64,000 nucleotides of DNA from Myxococcota bacterium (GTDB lineage: Bacteria; Myxococcota_A; UBA796; UBA2385), in NCBI GenBank assembly GCA_044344255.1, contig JBIJDH010000023.1:1-64000 (forward strand), in the 5' to 3' direction. Each line of letters begins with the position of its first letter. The stretch's first letter is position 1. The position numbers were made by a program, and so were the translations under genes. Below are positions 55,361 to 64,000 of the stretch, in pieces. The notes beneath the pieces were generated by a model. That model ran no database searches, was not told the DNA's origin, and saw only the letters and a program-made list of their open reading frames with translations.

Positions 55361-56710
55361 ATGTTGCGGATCTTGCACACCGGTGATTGGCACCTCGGTC
55401 ACCAGCTCCACGGCTTCGATCGAGTCCGGGAGCACCAGATCTTCCTCGATTGGCTGCTCGTGGAGCTCGGGGAGCAGGCGGTCGACACGCTGCTCATCGC
55501 GGGCGACGTCTTTGACACCGCCAACCCGCCCGCCTCGGCGCTCGCCACCTGGTACCAGTTCCTCGCCGAGGCTCGGCGCCGCCACCCCAACCTCAACGTG
55601 GTGGTGATCGGCGGGAACCACGACTCTGCGGCCCGCCTCGACGCGCCGCAGCCCGTGCTGGGGGCGCTCGGGGTCACCGTGATCGGGGGCCTGCCACGGG
55701 GGGAAGGCGGGCTCCTCGACGCCGAGCGGGTCGTGCTGCCGCTCCGACGGAGGGATGGGGAGGTGGGGGCCTGGCTCTGCGCGGTGCCCTTCCTCCGCCC
55801 GGCTGACCTCCCGCCTCCTGCCGCCCTCCCGCTCACCGGCGACGTGCCCGAGGGCGACCGCCTGATCGAGGGGGTGCGCGCCGTCTACGCCGCCGCCGTG
55901 GCGGAGGCCCGCGCGAGGCGCTCGCCCGGTCAGGCGCTGCTGGCGGCGGGCCACTGCTACATGACGGGCACGGAGCTGTCGATGATGAGCGAGCGGCGGG
56001 TGCTGGGCGGCAACCAGCACGCGCTGCCCGTCGAGGTCTTCGACGCCGACCTCGCGTATGTGGCGCTCGGCCACCTCCACCGGGCCCAGCGGGTCGGCGG
56101 GCGGGAGGGGGTCCGCTACGCGGGCTCACCCCTGCCGCTCTCGATGACCGAGGCCGACTACCCGCACCAGGTGATGATCGTCGACATCGAGGGGGAGCAG
56201 GTGTCGGCGCTCCGCCCCCGGCTCACCCCGCGGCCCGTCGCCCTGCTCCGGCTCCCGGTCGGCGAGGCCCAGCCCCTGGCGGCGGTCCTCGTGGCGCTGG
56301 GGGCGCTGCCGAACCGCGTGACCGGCGAAGAGGAAGCCCTGCTGCCCTTCCTCGAGGTGGCCGTCCGCCTCGAGCGGCCGGCGCCGGGGCTCCGCCAGGA
56401 GGTGGAGGCCGCCGTGGGGGCCAAGGCGGTGCGCCTCGTGAAGATCAGCACCACCACGACGGGGACGGGGGCCGCCCTCGGCGACCTCCAACGCGGCGAG
56501 GTGCTTCGCGACCTCCACCCCGAGGAGGTCTTTCGGCGGCGCTGGTCGAGGGACCACGAAGAGGAGCCTGGGGTCGCCCTGATCGAGGCCTTTCACGCCC
56601 TGCTGGAGCGGGTGGAGGGGGGCCCGCCGCCGAGCCCCACCGCCCCGCCGCCCGCGAGCCCGCCCCCGGACCCCTCGAAGAACCCCAGCTCCGGCGTGGT
56701 GCCCGCATGA
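55361..56710 (+). CDS. sbcD: Exonuclease SbcCD subunit D
   Basis: HTGDWHLG, IAGDVFD, GNHDS, YVALGHLH, RYAGSP. Confidence 0.96.
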   Translation: MLRILHTGDWHLGHQLHGFDRVREHQIFLDWLLVELGEQAVDTLLIAGDVFDTANPPASALATWYQFLAEARRRHPNLNVVVIGGNHDSAARLDAPQPVLGALGVTVIGGLPRGEGGLLDAERVVLPLRRRDGEVGAWLCAVPFLRPADLPPPAALPLTGDVPEGDRLIEGVRAVYAAAVAEARARRSPGQALLAAGHCYMTGTELSMMSERRVLGGNQHALPVEVFDADLAYVALGHLHRAQRVGGREGVRYAGSPLPLSMTEADYPHQVMIVDIEGEQVSALRPRLTPRPVALLRLPVGEAQPLAAVLVALGALPNRVTGEEEALLPFLEVAVRLERPAPGLRQEVEAAVGAKAVRLVKISTTTTGTGAALGDLQRGEVLRDLHPEEVFRRRWSRDHEEEPGVALIEAFHALLERVEGGPPPSPTAPPPASPPPDPSKNPSSGVVPA

Positions 56711-59700
56711 AGATCCTCGGCATTCGCGGCGCCAACCTCGCCAGCCTCGACAAGTTCGACCTCCGCCTCGACCGCGCCCCGCTGTCGAGCGCAGGCCTCT
56801 TCGCCATCACCGGCCCCACCGGCGCCGGCAAGAGCACGCTGCTCGACGCCCTCTGCCTCGCCCTCTACGACACCACGCCGCGCGTCGAGGTCCGCGGTCG
56901 GGGCGTGCTCTTCGGCCGCGCCGACGAGCCCGAGGAGAGCCGGGTGAGCAGCACCGACCCCCGCACCCTCCTCCGGCGGGGGACGGGCATGGCCATGGCC
57001 GAGGTCGAGTTCCTGGGCCGCGGCGGCAAGCGCTACCTCGCCCACTGGGAGGTGCGGCGGGCCCGGGAGAAGGCCGATGGGCGCTTCCAGAACCAGGAGA
57101 TGTGGCTGCACGATCTCGACCTTGACCGCCGGGTGGCGGGGGGCAAGCGCACCGAGGTCAAGGCGGCCATCGTCGAGAAGCTGGGCCTCGACTTCGACCA
57201 GTTCCGCAGGTCGGCCCTGCTCGCCCAGGGGGAGTTCGCCGCCTTCCTCAAGGCCAACGAGGACGAGCGCAGCCAGCTCCTCGCCGCGATGACCGGCACC
57301 TGGATCTACGAGCAGCTCGGCCGCGGGGCCTTCGAGTCGGCTCGCGAGCTCCGGCGACTGCTGGACGGCTTGGAACAGCAGGAGCGGGCCTTGGCGCTGC
57401 TGTCTGAAGAGCGGCGGGGGACGGCGCAGCAGGAGATCGGGGCCCTGGAGGCGGCGCTGCTGGCCCTGGCCGCGCGGCTCGAGGGGGCGACCGGCGCGGT
57501 GGCCTGGTTCGAGAAGGCCGATCAGCAGAGGGCCGCCGTCCAGCGGGCCGTCGAGCACCGGGCGGCCGCCGAGCTCACGGTCGCCGCGGCCGCTACCCGT
57601 CGGTTGACGCTGGCCGCGGTCGAGGGCGCCGAGGCCCTGCGGTCGGTGGTCGAGGGGGCCGATCGGGCGCTCGTCGGGGCCCTGGAGCGGCGTCGGGCGG
57701 CGACGGAGCAAGAGGCCGAGGTGGAGCGGGCCGCCCAGGCGGAGCTCCGGGCGCTTCAGGGGCGCACGCTCGCGGCCGTGGCTCGAGACGAGGCCCGGCG
57801 GCGCCGGCAGGAGCTGGAGCCGGAGCTCGCCGCTGCCGCCCTGCTCGACGCCCAGCTGCGCGGCCTCGAAGAGCGCGAGCAGCTGGGGGTGCAGCGCGGT
57901 CGGGCCGCGCAGGCGGCGGTGGAGGTGGCGCGGGAGAGGGCGGCCGGCCTCGCCCAGGCGGTGTCCCAGCACGAGACCCTGGCGCTGGAGGCCGAGCGCT
58001 GGTTCAAGCAGAACGCGCAGCTTCAGGCCCTCGTGGACGGCTGGAGCCGCTGGGAGAAGGACCTCTCCCGCACCGACGACCTCATCCGGCAGCTCCGCTC
58101 GAATGAGGCGGCCGCCGGGGCCATCCGCGCGCGGGCCGAGGTCGCCGGCGAGGCCCTCCGCGCCGCACAGGGCCGCTGGACGGAGGCCGCGCGCGGGCTC
58201 GAGTCGGCGGAGGGCGCCTGCCACCTCGCGGCCGAGGCTGCGCGGGAGCGGCCCGCCGCGCCCCAACGGGCGGAGCGTGACCGGCTCCAGGAGGACCGCG
58301 CGCGCCTCGAGCGGGCCGCTGACCTCCTCAACACCGTGGATCGGCTGGAGCGAGACCTCAAGCAGAGCCGCGCCGCCGCCGCCGCGGCGAAGGCCCAGGG
58401 GGAGGCCCACGCCGCCGCCGCCGAGCTCTCCCGAGCGGAGGCCGAGCGCCTCAAGGGGCGCGCCGAAGAGGCCGAGATCGCCGTCCAGACGCTCACCCTC
58501 GCGCTGAGCCTCGCCGACCACCGGCGGTCGCTGCGGCGGGGCGAGCCCTGCCCCCTCTGCGGCGCCGCCGAGCACCCTTGGGCCGAGGGCGCCGGGCCCG
58601 CCGACGAGGCCCTGCTCAGCCAGCGGGAGCGCCTGAAGGGCCTCCAGCGGGCGGGGCGCGAGGCCCTCTCGACCGCCACCGCCGAGGCCGCCCACGCCCT
58701 GGCCTCCGCCGCGGCCGCGTCCCGAGAGGAGCAGCGGGGGACGGAGCTCGACCAGCAGCGCCTCGCCGAGGGGCTGAGGCTCGGGCCCCTCCTCGCCGGC
58801 CTCGCGGTGGCGACCGTGGCGACCACCCCGATCGACCTCCACGATCCCTCCGTCCTCCGGCGCCTCATCGAGGCCCAGCTCCGCTCAGCCCGCGAGGGCG
58901 TCTCGCTCCTCGAACAGGGCATTCGTGCCGCCGAGGCCCTGGAGCGACAGGCGGAGGGGAGCCGCGCGGCCTTCGAGGCCGCCCGCCGCCGCCGCGACCT
59001 CGAGGCGGTCTCGGTCGAGGCCGCAGCCCAGGAGGCCCGGCATGCCGAGGAGGCCGCCCGCGGCTCCGCGGCCGACCGTGGCCGCCTCGAGGGTGAAGTG
59101 GAGCTGCTCATCGAGGGCCTCGGCCCCGCCTTCGAGCTCCGGCAGGTGGACTGGCGGCGGGCCCTGAGGGCCGATCCCCAGGGCGCCCGCGCCGCCGCGC
59201 ACCGAGATCAACGCCTCTGGACGAGCTGGAGGCAGAAGCAAGAGTCGAGCGCGAAGGAGCTCGGTCAGCTGCGGCCCCTGGCGGCGACGGCGCGGTCCGA
59301 GGCGGAGGGCGCGCAGGCCGCCCGCCTGCAGGCCGAAGACGACGCCCGGAAGGTCAGCGAGGAGCGGGAGGCCGCCAGCCGAGGGCGGGCGGGCATGCTC
59401 GACGGTCAGCCCACGGCCGTCGTCCGCGGGGCCTTGGACGCGGCCATCACCCAGGCCGAGGCCGCCGCCGCCGCCGCTGTCACCGCCGCTGAGGCCGCCC
59501 TGCGGTCTGCCAACGAGGCCCGCGGCCGGGTCGAGGCCGCCTTGGAGGCCGCCCAGCGGGCCGAGGGCGAGGCCGGCGCCGCGGAGCGCGCCCGCGACGC
59601 GGCCCTCGGCGAAGGGGGGGTCGCGCTGGCCACCGCCCGCGCCCGCCTCGCGCCGGACTCCGCCTGGCGCCAGCGGGAGCGCGCCGAGCTCGCGCGCCTC

Positions 59701-60453
59701 GACGAGGCCCTGGCCGCGGCCCGCTCCGCCGAGGCGGTCCACGTCGAGCAGCAGGCCGCGCACCAGGCCGCCCCGCCTCCCCTCGGGGACGCGCTCGCCG
59801 CGCAGACGGAGGTCGAGGCCAGCCGCGCCGCCCTCGCCGCCGCCGCCGAGCGTCGGGCGGAGCTCCGCGCCGAGCTGCAGCGGGACGACCGCGGTCGGGA
59901 CGCCGCCCAGGCCCTGCGCGAGGCGCTGACCCTCCGCCGCGCCGAGGCTCGGCCCTGGCTCGAGATGGACTCCCTCATTGGCTCATCCGACGGGAAGAAG
60001 TTTCGGGTCTTCGCCCAGAGCCTCACGCTCGACGCGCTGCTCGCCGAGGCCAACCACCACCTCGATGAGCTCGCCCCGCGCTACCGCCTGATGCGGGTGC
60101 CCCGCTACGACCTCGACCTGCAGGTGATCGACCGCGACATGGGCGACGAGGTGCGCGCCACCACCAGCCTCTCGGGCGGCGAGAGCTTCCTCGTCTCGCT
60201 GGCCCTGGCCCTGGCCCTGGCCTCCCTCTCCGCCGAGAACACACGCGTGGAGACCCTCTTCATCGACGAGGGCTTTGGCACGTTGGATCCCGCCACCCTC
60301 GAGGTCGCCCTCCACACCCTCGATCAGCTCCAATCCACCGGGCGACAGGTGGGCCTCATCTCCCATGTGCCCGGCCTCGCCGAGCGCATCGGCGCCCAGG
60401 TGCGGGTGGAGCCTCGCGGCGGCGGCCGGAGCGTCGTGCGGGTCGTCGGCTGA
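56707..60453 (+). CDS. sbcC: Exonuclease SbcCD subunit C (SMC-like ATPase)
   Basis: Walker A GPTGAGKS, LAQGEF, zinc hook CPLCG, LSGGESF, FIDEGFGTLD, ISH; ATGA overlap with sbcD. Confidence 0.96.
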   Translation: MKILGIRGANLASLDKFDLRLDRAPLSSAGLFAITGPTGAGKSTLLDALCLALYDTTPRVEVRGRGVLFGRADEPEESRVSSTDPRTLLRRGTGMAMAEVEFLGRGGKRYLAHWEVRRAREKADGRFQNQEMWLHDLDLDRRVAGGKRTEVKAAIVEKLGLDFDQFRRSALLAQGEFAAFLKANEDERSQLLAAMTGTWIYEQLGRGAFESARELRRLLDGLEQQERALALLSEERRGTAQQEIGALEAALLALAARLEGATGAVAWFEKADQQRAAVQRAVEHRAAAELTVAAAATRRLTLAAVEGAEALRSVVEGADRALVGALERRRAATEQEAEVERAAQAELRALQGRTLAAVARDEARRRRQELEPELAAAALLDAQLRGLEEREQLGVQRGRAAQAAVEVARERAAGLAQAVSQHETLALEAERWFKQNAQLQALVDGWSRWEKDLSRTDDLIRQLRSNEAAAGAIRARAEVAGEALRAAQGRWTEAARGLESAEGACHLAAEAARERPAAPQRAERDRLQEDRARLERAADLLNTVDRLERDLKQSRAAAAAAKAQGEAHAAAAELSRAEAERLKGRAEEAEIAVQTLTLALSLADHRRSLRRGEPCPLCGAAEHPWAEGAGPADEALLSQRERLKGLQRAGREALSTATAEAAHALASAAAASREEQRGTELDQQRLAEGLRLGPLLAGLAVATVATTPIDLHDPSVLRRLIEAQLRSAREGVSLLEQGIRAAEALERQAEGSRAAFEAARRRRDLEAVSVEAAAQEARHAEEAARGSAADRGRLEGEVELLIEGLGPAFELRQVDWRRALRADPQGARAAAHRDQRLWTSWRQKQESSAKELGQLRPLAATARSEAEGAQAARLQAEDDARKVSEEREAASRGRAGMLDGQPTAVVRGALDAAITQAEAAAAAAVTAAEAALRSANEARGRVEAALEAAQRAEGEAGAAERARDAALGEGGVALATARARLAPDSAWRQRERAELARLDEALAAARSAEAVHVEQQAAHQAAPPPLGDALAAQTEVEASRAALAAAAERRAELRAELQRDDRGRDAAQALREALTLRRAEARPWLEMDSLIGSSDGKKFRVFAQSLTLDALLAEANHHLDELAPRYRLMRVPRYDLDLQVIDRDMGDEVRATTSLSGGESFLVSLALALALASLSAENTRVETLFIDEGFGTLDPATLEVALHTLDQLQSTGRQVGLISHVPGLAERIGAQVRVEPRGGGRSVVRVVG

Positions 60454-60458
60454 GGCGC

Positions 60459-61757
60459 TCAGCCCTCTTCGATCTCGACGATGGGATCGAGCCCGTAGGG
60501 CTCCCGGCTGATCGAGCGCCAGGCGGCGTCGGCCCACGCGAAGTCGGCCTCGTCGGCGAAGGTGGCCGTCATCACGACGGCAGAGGGCACCTCGGTGGAG
60601 AACATCTGCCCGCCGAAGACGACGACGGAGCGGTCGTCCGGGTCGCGGCCCATCTGGCAGAGCCCGGCGAGCCCGGGGGCCTCGAAGGCCCAGGCGCGGC
60701 CGCCGTGGCGGAGCTCGGGGCGGCGGGCCCCGCTCATCACGGTGACCCAGAGGGTGTGCGGCCCGTCGAAGGCGCAGAGGGTGCCGTCGTCCTCGAGGCG
60801 CTCGCCGAAGGAGCCCGGCAGCGTGATCCACCAGCCGGCCGGCAGACGGACGCGCACCGGGCGGCGCCGGTAGCCGAGGGGGGGGGCCTTCGGGGCGGCC
60901 TCGCGGGCCCGGTCTGCGCGCTGGGCGACCTCTCGGACGAGGTGGCCCTCGGAGCCGATGAGGGTGTGGAGCTCGGCCCAGGCGACCCAGGGCAGGTCGA
61001 GGTTCGGCTCGAGCTCGTGGGCGCGCGCGAGGAGGCCGTCGATCTCGACGAGGGTGGCGGTCTCCTCGCGGGACTGCGGGGGCCGCCAACGAACGTCAGT
61101 CCAGAGCGCCGACAGGGCGCGGCCGCGCAGGTAGCGGGCGCCGAGGCCCGGCTCGGGCCAGGGGAAGGCGTCGACCAGCCGGAGTGAGCCCACCGCGGCC
61201 CCGGCGAGCCAGGCCATCCCTTGTGGGCCGAGCGGGCTCGCGGTGACGCCGTCGTGTTGGAACAGCACGTCGTCCGGGAGGAGCAGGGGCGGGCAGATCC
61301 CGGTCTCGGTCAGGTCGTCCAGGGCCGCCCGCGCCGCGGCGATCAGGCGGGCGCTCGCCGCCTCGCTCGACCAGCTCGGGCTCCGCTGCAGCGGCGGCTC
61401 GAAGGCGAGGTCGAGGTGGAGGGCGAGGTCTTGGAGCTCGCGGGTGAGGAGGTCGAGGTAGCCGGGCCCGACGAGGAGGGGGTCAGCCTCGACCCGCAGC
61501 TGGTCGCCCGACTCAGCGGTGACGCGCACGCCGCGGTCGAGGGGGTGGAGGCGGAGGTGGAGGGCCGGCGGCTCTCCCACCGCGATCACGCGCTGACAGG
61601 AGACGAGCAGCGCGCTGCACCGTCGCCGGAAGTGCTGCTCCACGGCGGAGAGCAGGTTCATCGGCGAGCCGGTCCGGAACTCGCCGACACAGCGCCCGAC
61701 GCTCGCGATGGCGCCTTCGAGGAGCGGGGCCGCGGGCACGGGCAGCGGCTCAGTCAT
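60459..61757 (-). CDS. Hypothetical cytoplasmic protein, coupled to the second lgt
   Basis: Long GC3-biased ORF overlapping the lgt stop; no motif recognised. Confidence 0.65.
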   Translation of the reverse strand: MTEPLPVPAAPLLEGAIASVGRCVGEFRTGSPMNLLSAVEQHFRRRCSALLVSCQRVIAVGEPPALHLRLHPLDRGVRVTAESGDQLRVEADPLLVGPGYLDLLTRELQDLALHLDLAFEPPLQRSPSWSSEAASARLIAAARAALDDLTETGICPPLLLPDDVLFQHDGVTASPLGPQGMAWLAGAAVGSLRLVDAFPWPEPGLGARYLRGRALSALWTDVRWRPPQSREETATLVEIDGLLARAHELEPNLDLPWVAWAELHTLIGSEGHLVREVAQRADRAREAAPKAPPLGYRRRPVRVRLPAGWWITLPGSFGERLEDDGTLCAFDGPHTLWVTVMSGARRPELRHGGRAWAFEAPGLAGLCQMGRDPDDRSVVVFGGQMFSTEVPSAVVMTATFADEADFAWADAAWRSISREPYGLDPIVEIEEG

Positions 61758-62649
61758 CCCCGTCCTCGGCCTCCGGTCGGAGGGGCTGCTCGGGAGCGCG
61801 GCCCTGGGGGAGGCGGATGGCGACGATGATCAGGCTCACCAGCACCATCGCGGCGGCGACGGTCTGCGAGGTGGAGAGGGTGACCGGCCCGAAGGTGTGG
61901 AGCCCGCGCACGTCGTCGCCGCGGAAGTGCTCGATGGTGGCGCGCAGGCCGGCGTAGAGCAGCAGCATCGCCGACATCACGACGCCGTCGAAGCGGCGGT
62001 GGTGCTTCCAGATCCACGAGAGCACCAGGAAGAGCAAAAAGGCCCCGCCCGACTCCATGAGCTGCGTGGGGTAGACCGGGATGTCGGTGAGCGCGGCCAC
62101 GCCCGCGCCGGGCCCGCTCTCGAAGACGAGGCCGAGGTAAGGGGCGCCGTCGAGCGTGGCGATGTGACCATGCGGGAAGGGGAGCAGGGTGCCCGTCTCC
62201 TTCGCCGCGATGGCAAGGCCATGGCAGCAGCCCGCCGAGAAGCAGCCGAGGCGGCCGATGGCGAGGCCGAGCATGATCGAGGGGGCGCCGATGTCAAACA
62301 GCTTCCAGGGCGAGATCTGGCGCGCCATCGCGTAGACGCCCCCGGCGACGATCCCGCCGATGGCCCCGCCGTAGAAGGCGAAGCCGCCCTTCGCAGGGTC
62401 AAAGAAGGCGAGGAGCCCCTCCTCGCGGAGGACGTCAACGTCGGTGGACATCGCGAAGTGCAGCACCCGAGCCCCGACGAGGCCGGCGCCCATCGCGATC
62501 AGGTACATCGGGACGAGCTTGTCGGGGTCAATGCCCACCCGCGGCGCTCGGAGGCTCGTCACCGCGGCCGCGCCGAGGAAGGCCAGCATGACGAGCAGGC
62601 CCCAGGTGTGGAGCTCGATGCCGTTCAGGCTGAACAAGGTTGGGAACAT
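61750..62649 (-). CDS. lgt: Prolipoprotein diacylglyceryl transferase (paralogue 2)
   Basis: MFP.LF....I....WG, GAR, FYGG, GRLGCF.AGCC, PTQL.E, R..IE.FRGD. Confidence 0.9.
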   Translation of the reverse strand: MFPTLFSLNGIELHTWGLLVMLAFLGAAAVTSLRAPRVGIDPDKLVPMYLIAMGAGLVGARVLHFAMSTDVDVLREEGLLAFFDPAKGGFAFYGGAIGGIVAGGVYAMARQISPWKLFDIGAPSIMLGLAIGRLGCFSAGCCHGLAIAAKETGTLLPFPHGHIATLDGAPYLGLVFESGPGAGVAALTDIPVYPTQLMESGGAFLLFLVLSWIWKHHRRFDGVVMSAMLLLYAGLRATIEHFRGDDVRGLHTFGPVTLSTSQTVAAAMVLVSLIIVAIRLPQGRAPEQPLRPEAEDGDD

Positions 62650-62725
62650 GGATTAAGAGCGCCGCCCGGCAGGAGGGGGCTCCCCCTATCACCCTGCCCG
62701 CCCCGCTACCCGCCCCGGAGCCTCT

Positions 62726-63592
62726 GTGAAGGACGCCTTCATCGTCAGCGCCCTCTCTCTCGTGCCGAAGAACGCCGCGACGCGGATGCTCGGGCACGTC
62801 AACCGCCTGTCCTTGCCGCGCTTCCTGCACCGAATGCTGCTGCGCTGGTACATCGGGCACTATGGGGTCGATCTGTCCGAGTGTGTCGGCGGCGCCGACG
62901 ACTACGCGAGCCTCGCCGACTTCTTCGTGCGCCCCCTCAAGCCCGGGATGCGCACGATCGATCCGCGCCCCGAGGTCCTGGTGAGCCCGGTCGACGCGAA
63001 GGTCCACACCTTCGGCAAGATCGAGGCCGGCTCTTTCTTGCAGTACGACGGCAAGCGCTCGAGCGTGGCGCTGCTGCTCGGCGCGGGTGACCCTCGCCTC
63101 CCCGGCGTCCAGGCAGACCTCGCCGCCCGCTACGAGGGGGGCCAGTTCGCCGTGCTCTACCTCTCGCCCAAGGACTACCACCGCGTCCACACGCCCGAGG
63201 CGGGGGTGGTGCGCCGCCTGCGTTACCTTCCGGGCAAGCTCTGGCCTGTGTTTCCGGCGGCGACCCGCAAGGTGGACGACGTCTTCTCGCGGAACGAGCG
63301 GCTCGTCTTCGAGCTCGAGACGGAGCGCTTCGGCCTCGTCACCGAGGTGATGGTGGGGGCCTTCGGGGTGGGGCGGATGACCACCGTGGTCGACCCGCTC
63401 ATCACCAACCAGGGCCTCCCCGCCGTCGAGAAGGCGCTCTCTCCCGCGCCGGCCCTCGGTCGGGCGGCTGAGCTTGGCCGCTTCGAGATGGGCAGCACCG
63501 TCATCCTGTTGCTCGAGCCCGGGAAGGGAGAGTGGACCCTTCAGATTGGCGCCCCCGTGCGCCTCGGGCAGCCGATCGCAAGACGGGTGTGA
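62726..63592 (+). CDS. psd: Phosphatidylserine decarboxylase proenzyme
   Basis: FF.R.LK, SPVD, YLSPKDYHR.H.P, NER, VGA..VG, self-cleavage motif FEMGST. Confidence 0.95.
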   Translation: MKDAFIVSALSLVPKNAATRMLGHVNRLSLPRFLHRMLLRWYIGHYGVDLSECVGGADDYASLADFFVRPLKPGMRTIDPRPEVLVSPVDAKVHTFGKIEAGSFLQYDGKRSSVALLLGAGDPRLPGVQADLAARYEGGQFAVLYLSPKDYHRVHTPEAGVVRRLRYLPGKLWPVFPAATRKVDDVFSRNERLVFELETERFGLVTEVMVGAFGVGRMTTVVDPLITNQGLPAVEKALSPAPALGRAAELGRFEMGSTVILLLEPGKGEWTLQIGAPVRLGQPIARRV

Positions 63593-63640
63593 CGGCGCTG
63601 TAGTCAGGGTATGGAAGGGGACTCGGACGGAGTTCCCATC

Positions 63641-64000
63641 ATGCGTATCCTGGCCCCCCTCTCGCTCTTCCTCTTCCTCGCCGCCTGCTCGGACAAGGGC
63701 TCGGGAGGCTCTGACGGCACCGACGGCACTGACGGCACCGATGGCACCGACGGCACCGACGGCACCGACGGCACCGACGGCTCGGATGGGGGCGGCGACA
63801 CGAGCGGCCTCACCGACGCCGACGGCGACGGCTACTACCTCGAAGAGGACGACTGCGACGACTCCGACGCCGCGGTGAACCCCGCCGCCGCCGAGGTCTG
63901 TGACGGCCTCGACAACAACTGTGTGGATGGCGCGGATGAGGGGCTCGAGACCAGCCTCTGGTACCCTGACGCCGACGCCGACGGCTTCGGGCAGTTCGAC
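63641..64000 (+). CDS. Lipoprotein with a (GTD)n linker and MopE-like repeats; 3'-truncated
   Basis: ATG 63641 with GGAG RBS; MRILAPLSLFLFLAAC; DADGDGY..DCDD...VNP.A.E.CDGLDNNC. Confidence 0.85.
   Translation, partial: MRILAPLSLFLFLAACSDKGSGGSDGTDGTDGTDGTDGTDGTDGTDGSDGGGDTSGLTDADGDGYYLEEDDCDDSDAAVNPAAAEVCDGLDNNCVDGADEGLETSLWYPDADADGFGQFD

Noticed and set aside
55361..60453. SMC-like ATPase plus nuclease as a Wadjet/Lamassu-type defence system
   Set aside because: Canonical SbcD motifs and SbcC zinc hook, with no accessory defence genes; ordinary SbcCD.

Overview
Very GC-rich bacterial DNA, almost certainly Myxococcota: it has a MYXO-CTERM-type sorting tail, MopE-like Asp/Cys repeat proteins, a DUF1552/DUF1592-type cluster and two Lgt paralogues. 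About 40 CDSs can be supported; I found no rRNA, tRNA, CRISPR array, integrase or transposase. Housekeeping genes are sbcD-sbcC, psd, two lgt copies, an ECF41-type sigma factor and a YceI protein. Most other genes encode secreted proteins or lipoproteins. Highlights: (1) an inserted three-gene module at 44053-51217 with a helical protein, a ~1800-aa signal-less helical-repeat protein ending in an HEXXH...E zincin domain, and a CpXC zinc-ribbon protein. It looks like an uncharacterised effector/partner (toxin-immunity or delivery) system. (2) Two separate multi-kb islands, each bracketed by diverged direct duplications of a neighbouring gene (~190 bp and 74 bp), with no recombinase. (3) An orphan ACP-KS-AT-KR-ACP-TE PKS whose KS has two internal deletions, with a possible ATGA-coupled restart and a Cys-nucleophile (GHCxG) thioesterase. 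It lies downstream of an AraC gene and two pairs of 21-bp-period direct repeats. (4) An unannotated 21-aa ORF with a strong RBS. (5) A Ric-like hemerythrin fused to a metal-site-less MBL-like domain, behind a sigma54-like promoter. (6) A cytoplasmic His/Cys caspase-fold-like protein with an eCIS-effector-like N-terminus. All family calls come from motif recognition by eye, not database searches.
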